Origin: an uncultured Solobacterium sp.
Lineage (GTDB): Bacteria; Bacillota_I; Bacilli_A; Erysipelotrichales; Erysipelotrichaceae
Assembly (NCBI GenBank): GCA_938036765.1
Contig: CALHWI010000119.1
Location: 5,964 to 69,963 of the forward strand
Reading direction: 5' to 3'
DNA length: 64,000 nucleotides
Of this stretch, positions 1 through 9,200 are shown piece by piece. Numbering within the stretch: position 1 is the first letter of the stretch; each line of letters starts with the position of its first letter. Below the pieces are notes generated by a model, which had not been told where the DNA came from, made no database searches, and saw only the letters and a list, made by a program, of their open reading frames with translations. A program made the translations under genes and the position numbers.

Positions 1-215
1 CCAATTCTTCCTATAACGGATGATTTTTCTGTAAGACTTGCATTTTCAATCTTAACTTTTGAATCTTTGTTCGTATATTCATGCCATGGAATGTCCATGT
101 GGTTGTTCATAAGATCATCTCCTATATCATTTATATATAATACACATAGTATAAATATATATTCGATATTTAATTCCATGAATAGTATAGTCAAGAAAAA
201 AAAGAAGTCAATTTC

Positions 216-578
216 TTAATCAACTTCTTTATGAATCCATGTCATTAATACTTTAACGATATAGGCCTTTTGTCTAGGGCCTAGTGGCTGATTGAGTTTG
301 ATCTTATGCCACTTATATAGGCATTGTCTACAACAACAGCCAGTAGCATGTTGGGCAATGAATACAGGATGTCCTTTGAATGGTGTTTGTTTACCATCGT
401 TGGGTATATAGGCTGGAGCTAATCGTTTTTCAACAAAGTCGATGGCATGTTTTTCAATGGTATCCATTCCTTTGGCTTGAATATACTTTTTATCTTTTTG
501 TTTCAGATGAAAACTGCTCCTAAATTTGGAGTGGGATAGACGATTAAAAAGTTGTTCAAACCATTCGGATTCTGTCAT
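216..578 (-). CDS. Conserved Cys-rich hypothetical protein (DUF4186-like)
   Basis: 120-aa ORF with a conserved-looking HATGCCCRQC cysteine cluster. Family assignment is from memory only. Confidence 0.45.
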   Translation of the reverse strand: MTESEWFEQLFNRLSHSKFRSSFHLKQKDKKYIQAKGMDTIEKHAIDFVEKRLAPAYIPNDGKQTPFKGHPVFIAQHATGCCCRQCLYKWHKIKLNQPLGPRQKAYIVKVLMTWIHKEVD

Positions 579-599
579 AAATGCTCCTTATATATAATA

Positions 600-624
600 A
601 AAAAACCAGCATTGCTGGTTTTAT
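600..624 (-). terminator. Rho-independent terminator downstream of tRNA-Asn copy 1
   Basis: On the minus strand, CCAGCAATGCTGG hairpin followed by a T-run immediately 3' of the tRNA. Confidence 0.6.
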
Positions 625-631
625 AATCAAG

Positions 632-707
632 TGGCGCCTGAAACAAGACTCGAACTTGTGACCTGCCGGTTAACAGCCGGATGCTCTACCGACTGAGCTA
701 TTCAGGC
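632..707 (-). tRNA. tRNA-Asn (anticodon GUU), CCA encoded
   Basis: Reverse complement reads GCCTGAATAGCTCAGTCGGTAGAGC...CTGTTAA...GGTTCGAGTCTTGTTTCAGGCGCCA. Cloverleaf is satisfied with a 7-bp acceptor stem, GTT in the anticodon loop and a TpsiC arm GTTCGAGTC. Confidence 0.85.
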
Positions 708-806
708 ATTTGTTTTTCACTTGACTGCTTAAATATAATACCAAAAGATTTAGAGTTGTGCAAGCACTTTTTTTTATTTTTTTAGATAAATTTTAATTCA
801 GAAATA

Positions 807-831
807 AAAAAACCGGCAATGCTGGTTTCAT
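807..831 (-). terminator. Rho-independent terminator downstream of tRNA-Asn copy 2
   Basis: CCAGCATTGCCGG hairpin plus T-run on the minus strand. Confidence 0.55.
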
Positions 832-838
832 AATCAAG

Positions 839-914
839 TGGCGCCTGAAACAAGACTCGAACTTGTGACCTGCCGGTTAACAGCCGGATGCTCTACCAAC
901 TGAGCTATTCAGGC
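839..914 (-). tRNA. tRNA-Asn (GUU), second tandem copy
   Basis: Near-identical to copy 1 with one D-loop substitution. The 207-bp unit is duplicated, each copy with its own TTGCA(C/T)-17-TATTAT promoter on the minus strand. Confidence 0.85.
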
Positions 915-1020
915 ATTTGTGTTTCACTTGATGCCTGTATATAATATCAAAAGATGTTGTATTATGCAAGTACTTTTTGTAAAATTATAATATATTATTA
1001 TCTAAACGGAGGAATGGATT

Positions 1021-1896
1021 ATGTTAGATGCGATTGTAATGGATATGGATGGAACTTTATTGGATCCAAATAATAAGATTTTGCCAGAAACAAAAGAGGC
1101 TTTAATTGCTTGTCAAAAGCAGGGGACAAAGCTTGTGCTTGCTAGCGGTAGAAGTTATACAAGATTGCTTCCTTATGCTAAAGAATTAGAGATGGATGTA
1201 TATGGTGGCTATTTGTTAGAGGTAGATGGTATTGCGTATTATGATGTAAAGAAAGATGAGCGTCATGTTTTAAAACAGATGTATAAGGAAGATGTTGAGC
1301 CTGTATATGCGTATTTGATGCATAAAAATTGTGAAACGATGGCTGTATTTAGTGATGGTCTATTTGATTATATTCCTGATCATATTATGGAAAAGAAAAA
1401 AGAATTGAGAAATTCAAAGGATTATCCAGAAGATTTTCCTTGGACGGGTGGTCCTTGGTCTTGGCTTGCGGATATGCGTGATGGTTATCCTAAGATTACG
1501 TATATTAAGGATCTTAGTGAAATCAAGTATCCTGTAAATAAGATTCAAACTATTGAGGATGAAGAGGTTACTACCCAATTGGCTTTGGATATTCAAAATG
1601 AATTTAAAGATCAATATGAAGTGTTCCGTACTTGTCCTAGAGAACTTGAAGTATTGCCTAAAGGATATAGTAAAGGAGCTACTCTAGTTCGTATGATGGA
1701 TATGTTTGGTTGGGACAAGGATAAAGTCTTCACATTTGGTGATGGTGAAAATGATGTGAGTATGTTTGGTGTTGTAACGCATAGTTTTGCGATGGGTCAG
1801 GCTTTGGATTATGTAAAAGAAAAAGCAGCTCATGTGACCAAGTCCAATGTGGAACAGGGAATTGTAGCTGCTTTAAAGGATTTTAATATTTTGTGA
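1021..1896 (+). CDS. HAD-superfamily hydrolase, Cof-type (HAD-IIB)
   Basis: MDMDGTLLD motif I. SD GGAGG 8 nt upstream of the ATG. 291 aa. Confidence 0.85.
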   Translation: MLDAIVMDMDGTLLDPNNKILPETKEALIACQKQGTKLVLASGRSYTRLLPYAKELEMDVYGGYLLEVDGIAYYDVKKDERHVLKQMYKEDVEPVYAYLMHKNCETMAVFSDGLFDYIPDHIMEKKKELRNSKDYPEDFPWTGGPWSWLADMRDGYPKITYIKDLSEIKYPVNKIQTIEDEEVTTQLALDIQNEFKDQYEVFRTCPRELEVLPKGYSKGATLVRMMDMFGWDKDKVFTFGDGENDVSMFGVVTHSFAMGQALDYVKEKAAHVTKSNVEQGIVAALKDFNIL

Positions 1897-2920
1897 TATA
1901 GCTAACAACAAGCTTCATTGTGCTTTCTACACCATCATAGTGTGTTCTTTCCATTCCGTGGCTTGCATGAACACCTGGGCCAATCAAGGCTCCTTTAATG
2001 TCATTACCACCGCGTAATGCGGCACTGACATCTGAACCATATTGTGGGTAGATATCAACGGCATAATTAAGCTTGTTTTCTTTTGATAGTTCGACTAGAC
2101 GAGTAATCATTTCGTAGTCGTATGGTCCGCTTGAATCTTTTGCACAGATTGAAACATCTTGTTCAGTACAAGCTAAATCTGTACCAATACATCCCATATC
2201 AACGGCTAACAATTCTTCGACTTCTTCTGGTAAACAACTTGCTCCGTGTCCAACTTCTTCATATGTACTGAACATAATGACCAAGTCTCTTTGAGGTGTA
2301 ATGTTGTTGTCTTTTAAGTATTTTAGTACGCCCATTAAAGCTGTAGCTGAAATCTTATCGTCTAAGAATCTAGATTTAATAAATCCACTTTCTGTGATTT
2401 GTGTTTTTGTATCAATACAAATGAAGTCTCCGTTGCAGATACCTAATTTTTCAACATCTACTTTTGAGTGAACAACTTCGTCGATACGAACTTCCATTGT
2501 ATCTTCTTTTCTTTCTACTGTTGAAGCATCTGGATATACGTGAACGCTTGGTGAACAAGAAAGAATTGTTCCTGTATATACCTTTCCATCGCGAGTATAG
2601 ATCTTACAATATTCTCCGTCTAATGTTGGTAAGCAGGGCCCTCCAACTTTAGTAATGGCAAGTTTTCCATTGTCTTTAATGGAACGAACCATAAGTCCTA
2701 ATGTATCTAGGTGAGCACTCAATCCTAGTGTGTGTTCAGAATCTTTTCCGTCTACATAGATCAACAAGTTTCCTTTTTGGTTGCGTCCTGTTGTATAGCC
2801 TAATTTTTTGGCTTCTTCGTCCATGAAATCAATGGCTCTTTTTGTATAGCCTGTTGGTGAATCAATATTCAAAATTTGTTTGGCGATGTCACAGACATAT
2901 TCTTTATCAAATGGTTGCAT
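1883..2920 (-). CDS. M42 family aminopeptidase (FrvX/glutamyl aminopeptidase-like)
   Basis: 345 aa. HLDTLGLMVRSIKDNGKL...GG pattern typical of M42 peptidases. Confidence 0.75.
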   Translation of the reverse strand: MQPFDKEYVCDIAKQILNIDSPTGYTKRAIDFMDEEAKKLGYTTGRNQKGNLLIYVDGKDSEHTLGLSAHLDTLGLMVRSIKDNGKLAITKVGGPCLPTLDGEYCKIYTRDGKVYTGTILSCSPSVHVYPDASTVERKEDTMEVRIDEVVHSKVDVEKLGICNGDFICIDTKTQITESGFIKSRFLDDKISATALMGVLKYLKDNNITPQRDLVIMFSTYEEVGHGASCLPEEVEELLAVDMGCIGTDLACTEQDVSICAKDSSGPYDYEMITRLVELSKENKLNYAVDIYPQYGSDVSAALRGGNDIKGALIGPGVHASHGMERTHYDGVESTMKLVVSYITKY

Positions 2921-3030
2921 ATTTTAAAACTCCTCCTGTATGTATTATACGCTTTTATACAAATTCTAAACAATGTATTAAACTTTTTTTTGAATTTTGT
3001 GCTATTGTACAAGAAAAGGAGGCTAATTGT

Positions 3031-3501
3031 ATGGAATTAAATGTAAGAGAAGAAAAGTTAAAAGGTTTATTTAAACAGTTTCAAGTGGAACATAATGAGA
3101 ATTGTAAGACAGTATTTATTGATAATAATGATGAAAATTTAGAAAACTATTTAAATGAATCGAATATGGTATATTTACATATGGTGGATAAAGAAGTAAG
3201 ACATCTTGATTTGACTAAAGTAAATACAATATTTGTGAATAAAGAATATGCGAGTAAATTAGAAAATGGAATTCAGGATGAACAAAGAATTCTAGAACTA
3301 CTATTAAATAAATATCCCAATCTTAGAGTTGTATTAATTACAGATAAAAAGGGTGCTTATTATAAAGATAAGGACATGATGATTTACCAGAAAGAATTGG
3401 TCTCTAATTTTGATAAAGACTTATTCTTAGTTAAATATATGGCTTCAGAATTAAAGGGGAATTCAGAAATGACATCTCTATATCGAGGTGTAAATCAGTA
3501 A
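3031..3501 (+). CDS. Hypothetical protein (156 aa). True start probably ATG 3031 inside the longer ORF 2842..3501
   Basis: AAAAGGAGG SD upstream of ATG 3031. The upstream part of the ORF overlaps the divergent promoter region of the M42 gene. No recognisable family. Confidence 0.5.
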   Translation: MELNVREEKLKGLFKQFQVEHNENCKTVFIDNNDENLENYLNESNMVYLHMVDKEVRHLDLTKVNTIFVNKEYASKLENGIQDEQRILELLLNKYPNLRVVLITDKKGAYYKDKDMMIYQKELVSNFDKDLFLVKYMASELKGNSEMTSLYRGVNQ

Positions 3502-3707
3502 AGACTACTAGATATGTTAGAGTACCTAAGACAAAAACTTGAATTCGCGTACGTCTTTGGAATTAAAAGACTTTGGAGGTAGATTAATCCATGAAAACCA
3601 CCCTACATATCTAGTAGTCATTTCCATTATAAAGGTCCAATGTGAAAAGATTATTAAAAGTCAAAAGTTTTTCAAAATATTTTAAAATAGATGTGTAAAT
3701 CGGTAAG

Positions 3708-3736
3708 TTGATATTTATCATCTTTCTCGTTATAAT
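3708..3736 (+). promoter_or_regulatory. Consensus sigma-A promoter TTGATA-17-TATAAT
   Basis: TTGATA 3708-3713 and TATAAT 3731-3736 with exact 17-bp spacing. No protein-coding gene downstream on this strand. Confidence 0.6.
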
Positions 3737-3742
3737 ACAAGT

Positions 3743-3830
3743 ACAGAAAAGACTACTAGATATGGTGGTCACTCTGGATTAGGTTATAGCGCTAATCCCG
3801 TTACGAGTGGGTGGTTAGCGCTTTTTGTTT
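3743..3830 (+). ncRNA. Candidate orphan small RNA (~88 nt) with nested hairpins and an intrinsic terminator
   Basis: Predicted TSS about 7 nt after the -10. Transcript contains AAGACUACUAGAUAUG, nested stems CACUC/GAGUG and GGAUUAG/CUAAUCC, and terminator AGCGCUAA..UUAGCGCU followed by UUUUUGUUUUG (3788-3832). It ends about 8 nt from the stop of the convergent 339-aa gene. Confidence 0.45.
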
Positions 3831-3837
3831 TGCCGTT

Positions 3838-4857
3838 TCATTCATGATTGTATTGGTTTGCAGCATTTAAATAGGAGCTTTTAAATTCTGTTGCCAAAAC
3901 CTTTGGACTGATGATTTTTATGTCTTTTGCAAAAATATAGAAAAAGGTTTTTGCCTGGAAATAGGAACAGTCAAACTCTAATAGATATTCATTATTTTCT
4001 AATTGTGTTGTTTTTATTGGCATAGGTTTATTTAAATATCTAATTTTAAATAGTTCATATGCTTTTTGGTTAAATTGAATAATAATATGTTCTTCATTAT
4101 CTCCATATTTGAATTGAACACCATTTTTAATCATTTTATGAAAAGTTTTGAAATCTGTATCAGAAAATGTAATGTCAGATTCACTATTGAAGTGAACAGA
4201 CACTTCAGTAATATTCATTAATTTTCTTGTTGCGATTTCATAACAACCATTTTGATTGTTTCTAACTTTTCCAATCACGTAATTATATATTTTTTCTTTA
4301 TGTTCCATAATTAGGTAAGGCTTCATTTCAAAAATACTATTATCATTTGTTTTAATGGAAATTGATTTTTGTTGATCAATCGCATTTTGTATTTTTGAAT
4401 AGTTTTCTTTAAATAAGTAGATTTCTCTTTTATATATTGGTAATTGAAAAAAAGAATCAATCAACATTCTAATGTATATAGGAAAGCTCAAGTTGAGTGG
4501 AGTAATGAAATTAGATTGGATATTATCTAATAATACGGAGATATCTTTTTGAGGTTTAAATGATATAGTTCTATTTTTCTTTTCACCACTAGACTCTAGA
4601 GAAATATCATAAAACATCGTTTTTAATTTAATCTGTATAGTTTGATCATAAACGGTATCTACTACGGAAATATAATCCTTTATAGGATTTAGTTTTGTGC
4701 ATTCAAAATCAGAATGATAATTTCGAATCAATATATTAATAAATCGATTTATGTTTGGTTTGTTTTTATTGCATATTTGAAATCTGTTCGCATCTTCTAA
4801 AATAGAATTGTATTGAGAATTTGTGAAATATAATCGTATTGGGTCAATAAAATCCAT
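3838..4857 (-). CDS. Hypothetical protein, 339 aa, with WYL-like middle segment and WCX-like C-terminus (putative ligand-sensing regulator)
   Basis: Very AT-rich ORF. KPYLIMEHKEKIYNYVIGKV...CYEIATRKLMNITEV resembles a WYL core. C-terminal DIKIISPKVLATEFKSSYL resembles the xVLeP.eLr tail of WYL/WCX regulators. No clear HTH. Confidence 0.5.
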   Translation of the reverse strand: MDFIDPIRLYFTNSQYNSILEDANRFQICNKNKPNINRFINILIRNYHSDFECTKLNPIKDYISVVDTVYDQTIQIKLKTMFYDISLESSGEKKNRTISFKPQKDISVLLDNIQSNFITPLNLSFPIYIRMLIDSFFQLPIYKREIYLFKENYSKIQNAIDQQKSISIKTNDNSIFEMKPYLIMEHKEKIYNYVIGKVRNNQNGCYEIATRKLMNITEVSVHFNSESDITFSDTDFKTFHKMIKNGVQFKYGDNEEHIIIQFNQKAYELFKIRYLNKPMPIKTTQLENNEYLLEFDCSYFQAKTFFYIFAKDIKIISPKVLATEFKSSYLNAANQYNHE

Positions 4858-5058
4858 GATAATTTCCTCCTTTTTTCAAATAAATTATAACATATACTAA
4901 TTAAAGTAGTACATAAATATATAATATTATTCGTAATATAATGTTATAAGCAATAAATAAGTAGTACATAAAATGAAAAAAGTATCCATATTAAAACTAC
5001 TTTTATTCTGCTATTATTCATGTGTAAACAGGGATGACCTGTAGGAGGAAAAAATAGT

Positions 5059-6048
5059 ATGAATAAAGATCAAAAAAATTATGAATCAAATGTATCTACA
5101 GGATTGAATTCTGTACAAACAATTTATGAAGGAAGTGTGAATGCACGTGTCGTTGAAAGAGCGGGAAATCTAGCTTCTTCACAAAGTAAGGGTATTGCGC
5201 ATGAAATTATGTATGCAGATAAATTAAATGTTACACGTCCAGAACTTGGTGTGACAAAACTATCTACAAAAACCAATGCAGTGCGTGATGATTTAGTGAG
5301 TGTAAAGGATGGTGTAGTCAAGTATCGTGCACAACTTAAGGATACTGTATCTTCTTCTGGAGTGAACAAAACGGTAACTCAGGGAATGAATGGAAAGTAT
5401 CAGGGAACGAATTTTATGGGGACAAAAGAAACCACAGAACTTTACAATGCAGCAACTAAAAATACGGCTGCTCAGAAAACGAGTTCAACAGGAATCTCAT
5501 CAAAGGATACTTCTAGAATTACAGAGTCTTTTTCAGGAAAGATGACAAGCTTAGAAAATATCGCACACAATTCAACTCGAGCAGGATCATTCGGCGCAGT
5601 TGCAAACGTTGCGGTTGGAGCCGTTGAAGATATTGTGAATAGTGAATCTGGCGATGAAATGTTAGCTCATGCAGCAGCAAATGGTGCTAGAGGTTTTGCC
5701 TCAGGCTATGTAGGGTCTGCAGCAGCTACTGTAGCAACTTCAGCAACAGCAGCTGGAATCGCATCTGTACCAGCATTAGCTGCAGCACCATTAGTAGCGG
5801 TAGCAGCACCAGTAGCCGCAGGTATTGTGGCTGCAACTGTTGCAGGAAAGGTTGTTATGGATGCCACAGATGGAGAAGTCAAAGAAGTATTAGAAGATAT
5901 TGGTCGAGGTGTTGGAGACTTTATTTCTGATGCAGCTGACGAAGTCGCTTATAGGGTTGTCGATAGTATTGGTGAAGGACTAGATAGAGTTGGCGACAAG
6001 GTTGATGACTTTATCGACAGTGTCAGTCTATTCTTCAATTTATTCTAG
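5059..6048 (+). CDS. Hypothetical protein, 329 aa: polar S/T/N/K-rich region, ~95-aa Gly/Ala/Val hydrophobic domain, acidic DxIGxG-repeat tail
   Basis: AGGAGG SD 9 nt upstream. Uninterrupted GAVANVAVGAV...AAAPLVAVAAPVAAGIVAATVAGKVV segment suggests glycine-zipper membrane insertion. No signal peptide and no assignable family. Confidence 0.55.
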   Translation: MNKDQKNYESNVSTGLNSVQTIYEGSVNARVVERAGNLASSQSKGIAHEIMYADKLNVTRPELGVTKLSTKTNAVRDDLVSVKDGVVKYRAQLKDTVSSSGVNKTVTQGMNGKYQGTNFMGTKETTELYNAATKNTAAQKTSSTGISSKDTSRITESFSGKMTSLENIAHNSTRAGSFGAVANVAVGAVEDIVNSESGDEMLAHAAANGARGFASGYVGSAAATVATSATAAGIASVPALAAAPLVAVAAPVAAGIVAATVAGKVVMDATDGEVKEVLEDIGRGVGDFISDAADEVAYRVVDSIGEGLDRVGDKVDDFIDSVSLFFNLF

Positions 6049-6199
6049 GGAAAGGAAGGTGAATATCATGGATAATCAAACAGTTGGAGTTGAACATTAG
6101 AGTAATATAAAGCTAATGTTTTAAAATATAACTCAAATTAATGAAAAACGCTTTATATAAAGTGTATGCTACGAGCATACATTTCAATTTTTATATATA

Positions 6200-6242
6200 A
6201 ATTTATAGGAAACGGCTTACATAAGTGATATAATGCATGTAA
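6200..6242 (+). promoter_or_regulatory. cas9 promoter (extended -10 TGATATAAT)
   Basis: TGnTATAAT at 6226-6234, followed by SD GGAGGG 6257-6262. Confidence 0.5.
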
Positions 6243-6269
6243 CATAATTACTTTATGGAGGGTATTGAA

Positions 6270-9200
6270 ATGGATAATAAGTATGTATTAGGCCTGGATA
6301 TTGGAATTACATCAATAGGTTGGTCAATAATTGATGAAGTTAGGGGAAAACTATTGGATATGGGAGTTCATATGTTTGAACAGGCAATCCCTGCACAAGA
6401 AGTTAGATTGAATCGTTCGGCAAGAAGAACATTGAGAAGAAGAAATTGGAGAAAGAAACAATTAAAGAATGCGTTTGTAGAATTTGGATTGATTTCAAAA
6501 GAGGAATTAAATCAAAGAGACTATTTGAGTTATACTGCAAATTCAGATACATTTTCTCGTCCTGAAGAGGATACGGTTTACCATTTAAGATTGAAAGCGT
6601 TGAAGGAACAAATATCTTTAAGAGAGCTTTTGTTGTGTTTGTATAATATTTGCGGTACTCGTGGACATTTCTTAATGGAGAATATTAATTTTACCTCCAG
6701 TGAACCAATTACTTTTGATTTCTTTGTTGAGCAATTTTATGAGTTTACACATGAATATGTGAATTTTGAAGAAGATACAAAAGAATTTGAGCAGACAATA
6801 CTAAAACCTATTTTTGAAAAGGGAAAAGTAAAATCTAATGAATTAAAGTCTTTGTTGAAGGATGAATATACAGTGGAATCTGAGGATAATGATGCATTAT
6901 TAGAAATATTGAAATTGATCTGTGGATTTAAATGTGATTTAAAGAAAATTAGTGAGTCTGTTGTACTCGTTCAAGAGGATAAAACTAAAGAATCTGTAAA
7001 ATTAGATGAATTATTGAAGATGGATAGCTTAAATGAATTTTTGAACAATGCAGTAGAACTTCATGATGTAATTGCGGTTTCTCAGATTTTAAAGGATCAT
7101 AATTATATTTGTGAAGTGGCTGTAGAGAAATTAAATGAAGTTCTAAATGTTCAAAAATTAGAACATTCAGATCCAGATAAATATAAAGAAGAAAAGAACA
7201 ATATTCAGAAAAAAATGAGTAAGGCAGTTGGAGAGCGTTTGCGTGTTGTAAAAAATATGGAGAATAAGTATCCGAATGGCTTGTATGTAAAAGAAGCTAG
7301 TGAAATTTTGCATAAACAACAAGAATTTTATCCTAATTTGATTACGGATAATTTCATTGAAGCATGTATTTCTACAATTAAAGCACGTATTCCTTACTAT
7401 ATTGGACCATTGTCTTCACAAGCTAAGAATAGTTGGATTGATCGTAAAGATGGTACATTTAAGTATGGATATGACTATTGTAAGGATGCTTTAGTAAATG
7501 AAGAAGAGAGTATTCAAAATTGGAAGTTGAATATGATTTCACATTGTACGTATTTACCCGAAGAATATGCACTTCCAAAAGGATCATTTATTGCAGAGAC
7601 ATTTAGCTTATTAAATGAATTGAATATTCTTACCGCAATTGATAAGAATGAAAATCGATATTATTTAACTCGTGAAGATAAATTAAAAGTATTTGATGAA
7701 TTATTCTTGAAGCGTACAGATTATGTTTCGCATAAAGAAATTGCAGAATTATTAAACTTAAAATCTTTTGGTCCTAAAGACTCTCGTAAAGAAGGTAAGT
7801 TTAAAAATAGATATACTTTGTACCAAAATATAATTTCTGTTTTCCCTCAATTTGAATTGCATTCTATTCTTGATTTATTTAATGAATATGAGAAAGAAAA
7901 AGTAGATAAGATTGAAGATATTATTTTGAATTTAAACTTATTTGATGAAGAACAATCAAAAATTAATTATTTCACTAAGAAGTTGAATTTAGATGAAAAA
8001 GATGCGAAGAAGTTAGCAAGATGTAAATCAAATGGATTTTATGCTTTCTCTAAACGATTTATTATGGAAACAAAAATGAATGTTGATGGAGAAACATTAC
8101 TTGAGGAAATGTTAAGGGACAATTCAGAAAATCAAAAGAATGAACAGATGACTTTGATTACTGAAGCAACGGACTTGGATGGAAATAGAATTAATTTTGA
8201 GTCTAACAAGTATATGACTTTACTAAAGAACACTAACGAGTTGTCTATCGATTTATTGATACAAGATGGTAAACCATTTATTCCAATTGCTAGACCAGTT
8301 ATTAGAGCTTTGAATGAATGTTTTAAACTATATGAAGAAGTTATCAGAACATATGGAGTTCCTGATCGTGTTGTTATTGAAACAGCAAGAGACTTAAAAG
8401 ATAGTTCTCAAGATGGAGATGTACCAGCTAAACATTTTGATCAGATGAAAAAGTTGTATGATTACTTAAATAATCAAATGAAAGAGCAGAAGAAAAAGGC
8501 CAAACTTTCAAAACAATATATGGAAGATTGGGATGTTATTGAGCCTTATTTAGAAAAGAATAAGCGTAAGGTTGAACTATATATACGTCAAAATGGCCGT
8601 GATATGGTAACAGGAGATACAATTGATATTCAACATTTAGAAGATTATGAAATGGATCATATTTTGCCTCGTGGATTTGGAGATAATTCCATGGATAACT
8701 TGATGTTGATTAAAAAAGAAATCAATGGAAAAAAAGCAGACAGACTTCCATTAGAATATATTGAATCGGAAACAGTGGAGAATGAAAACGGAAAACGTAT
8801 CTTATCTAGTGATTTCAAACGTAGATGTTACGAATTGAATGAAATGAAGTTGATTTCAGATAAGAAATTAAAACGTTTATTATTAGCATCCACAGATGAA
8901 GCAATGGGATTTATTAATCGTAATCTAGTAGATACTCGTTATATTATTCGTGAACTAATGGCTATTTTAAGAGCTTATAACACAGTTAATAATTATGATA
9001 CTCATATTGTTTCATTGCGTTCTTCATTTACAACGGTGTATAGAAATGCATTTAATATGAAGAAAAATCGTGATACTGGTGATCAACACCATGCTCATGA
9101 TGCTTCAATTGTTGCCATTGCAGATATGGTTTTATCGACATATTTTCCAAATTATGATGAACGTGGAAATAATAAGTATTATCAAGAATTCTTGAAGAGA

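Noticed and set aside
2842-3030. 5' extension of ORF 2842..3501 (MYSLLVNQYSKFVWRCHRH...)
   Set aside because: No SD. It overlaps the divergent promoter of the M42 peptidase gene. A strong AAAAGGAGG SD precedes the internal ATG at 3031, so the shorter product is preferred.
3590-3613. 7-codon mini-ORF (MKTTLHI) preceded by GGAGG inside the inverted-repeat element
   Set aside because: Too short to support as a leader peptide. It is retained only as context for the IR element.
3501-3619. Calling 3501-3619 a bona fide MITE or insertion sequence remnant
   Set aside because: Only the 14-bp inverted termini are visible. No target-site duplication and no transposase remnant. It cannot be distinguished from a regulatory palindrome without genome-wide copy data.
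5059-6048. Possibility that the 329-aa protein is an anti-CRISPR (Acr)
   Set aside because: Acrs are small (50-200 aa), usually phage-borne and paired with an HTH Aca gene. This protein is large, is not paired with an HTH Aca gene (its divergent neighbour has no clear HTH), has a membrane-type hydrophobic domain and is chromosomally fixed beside cas9.
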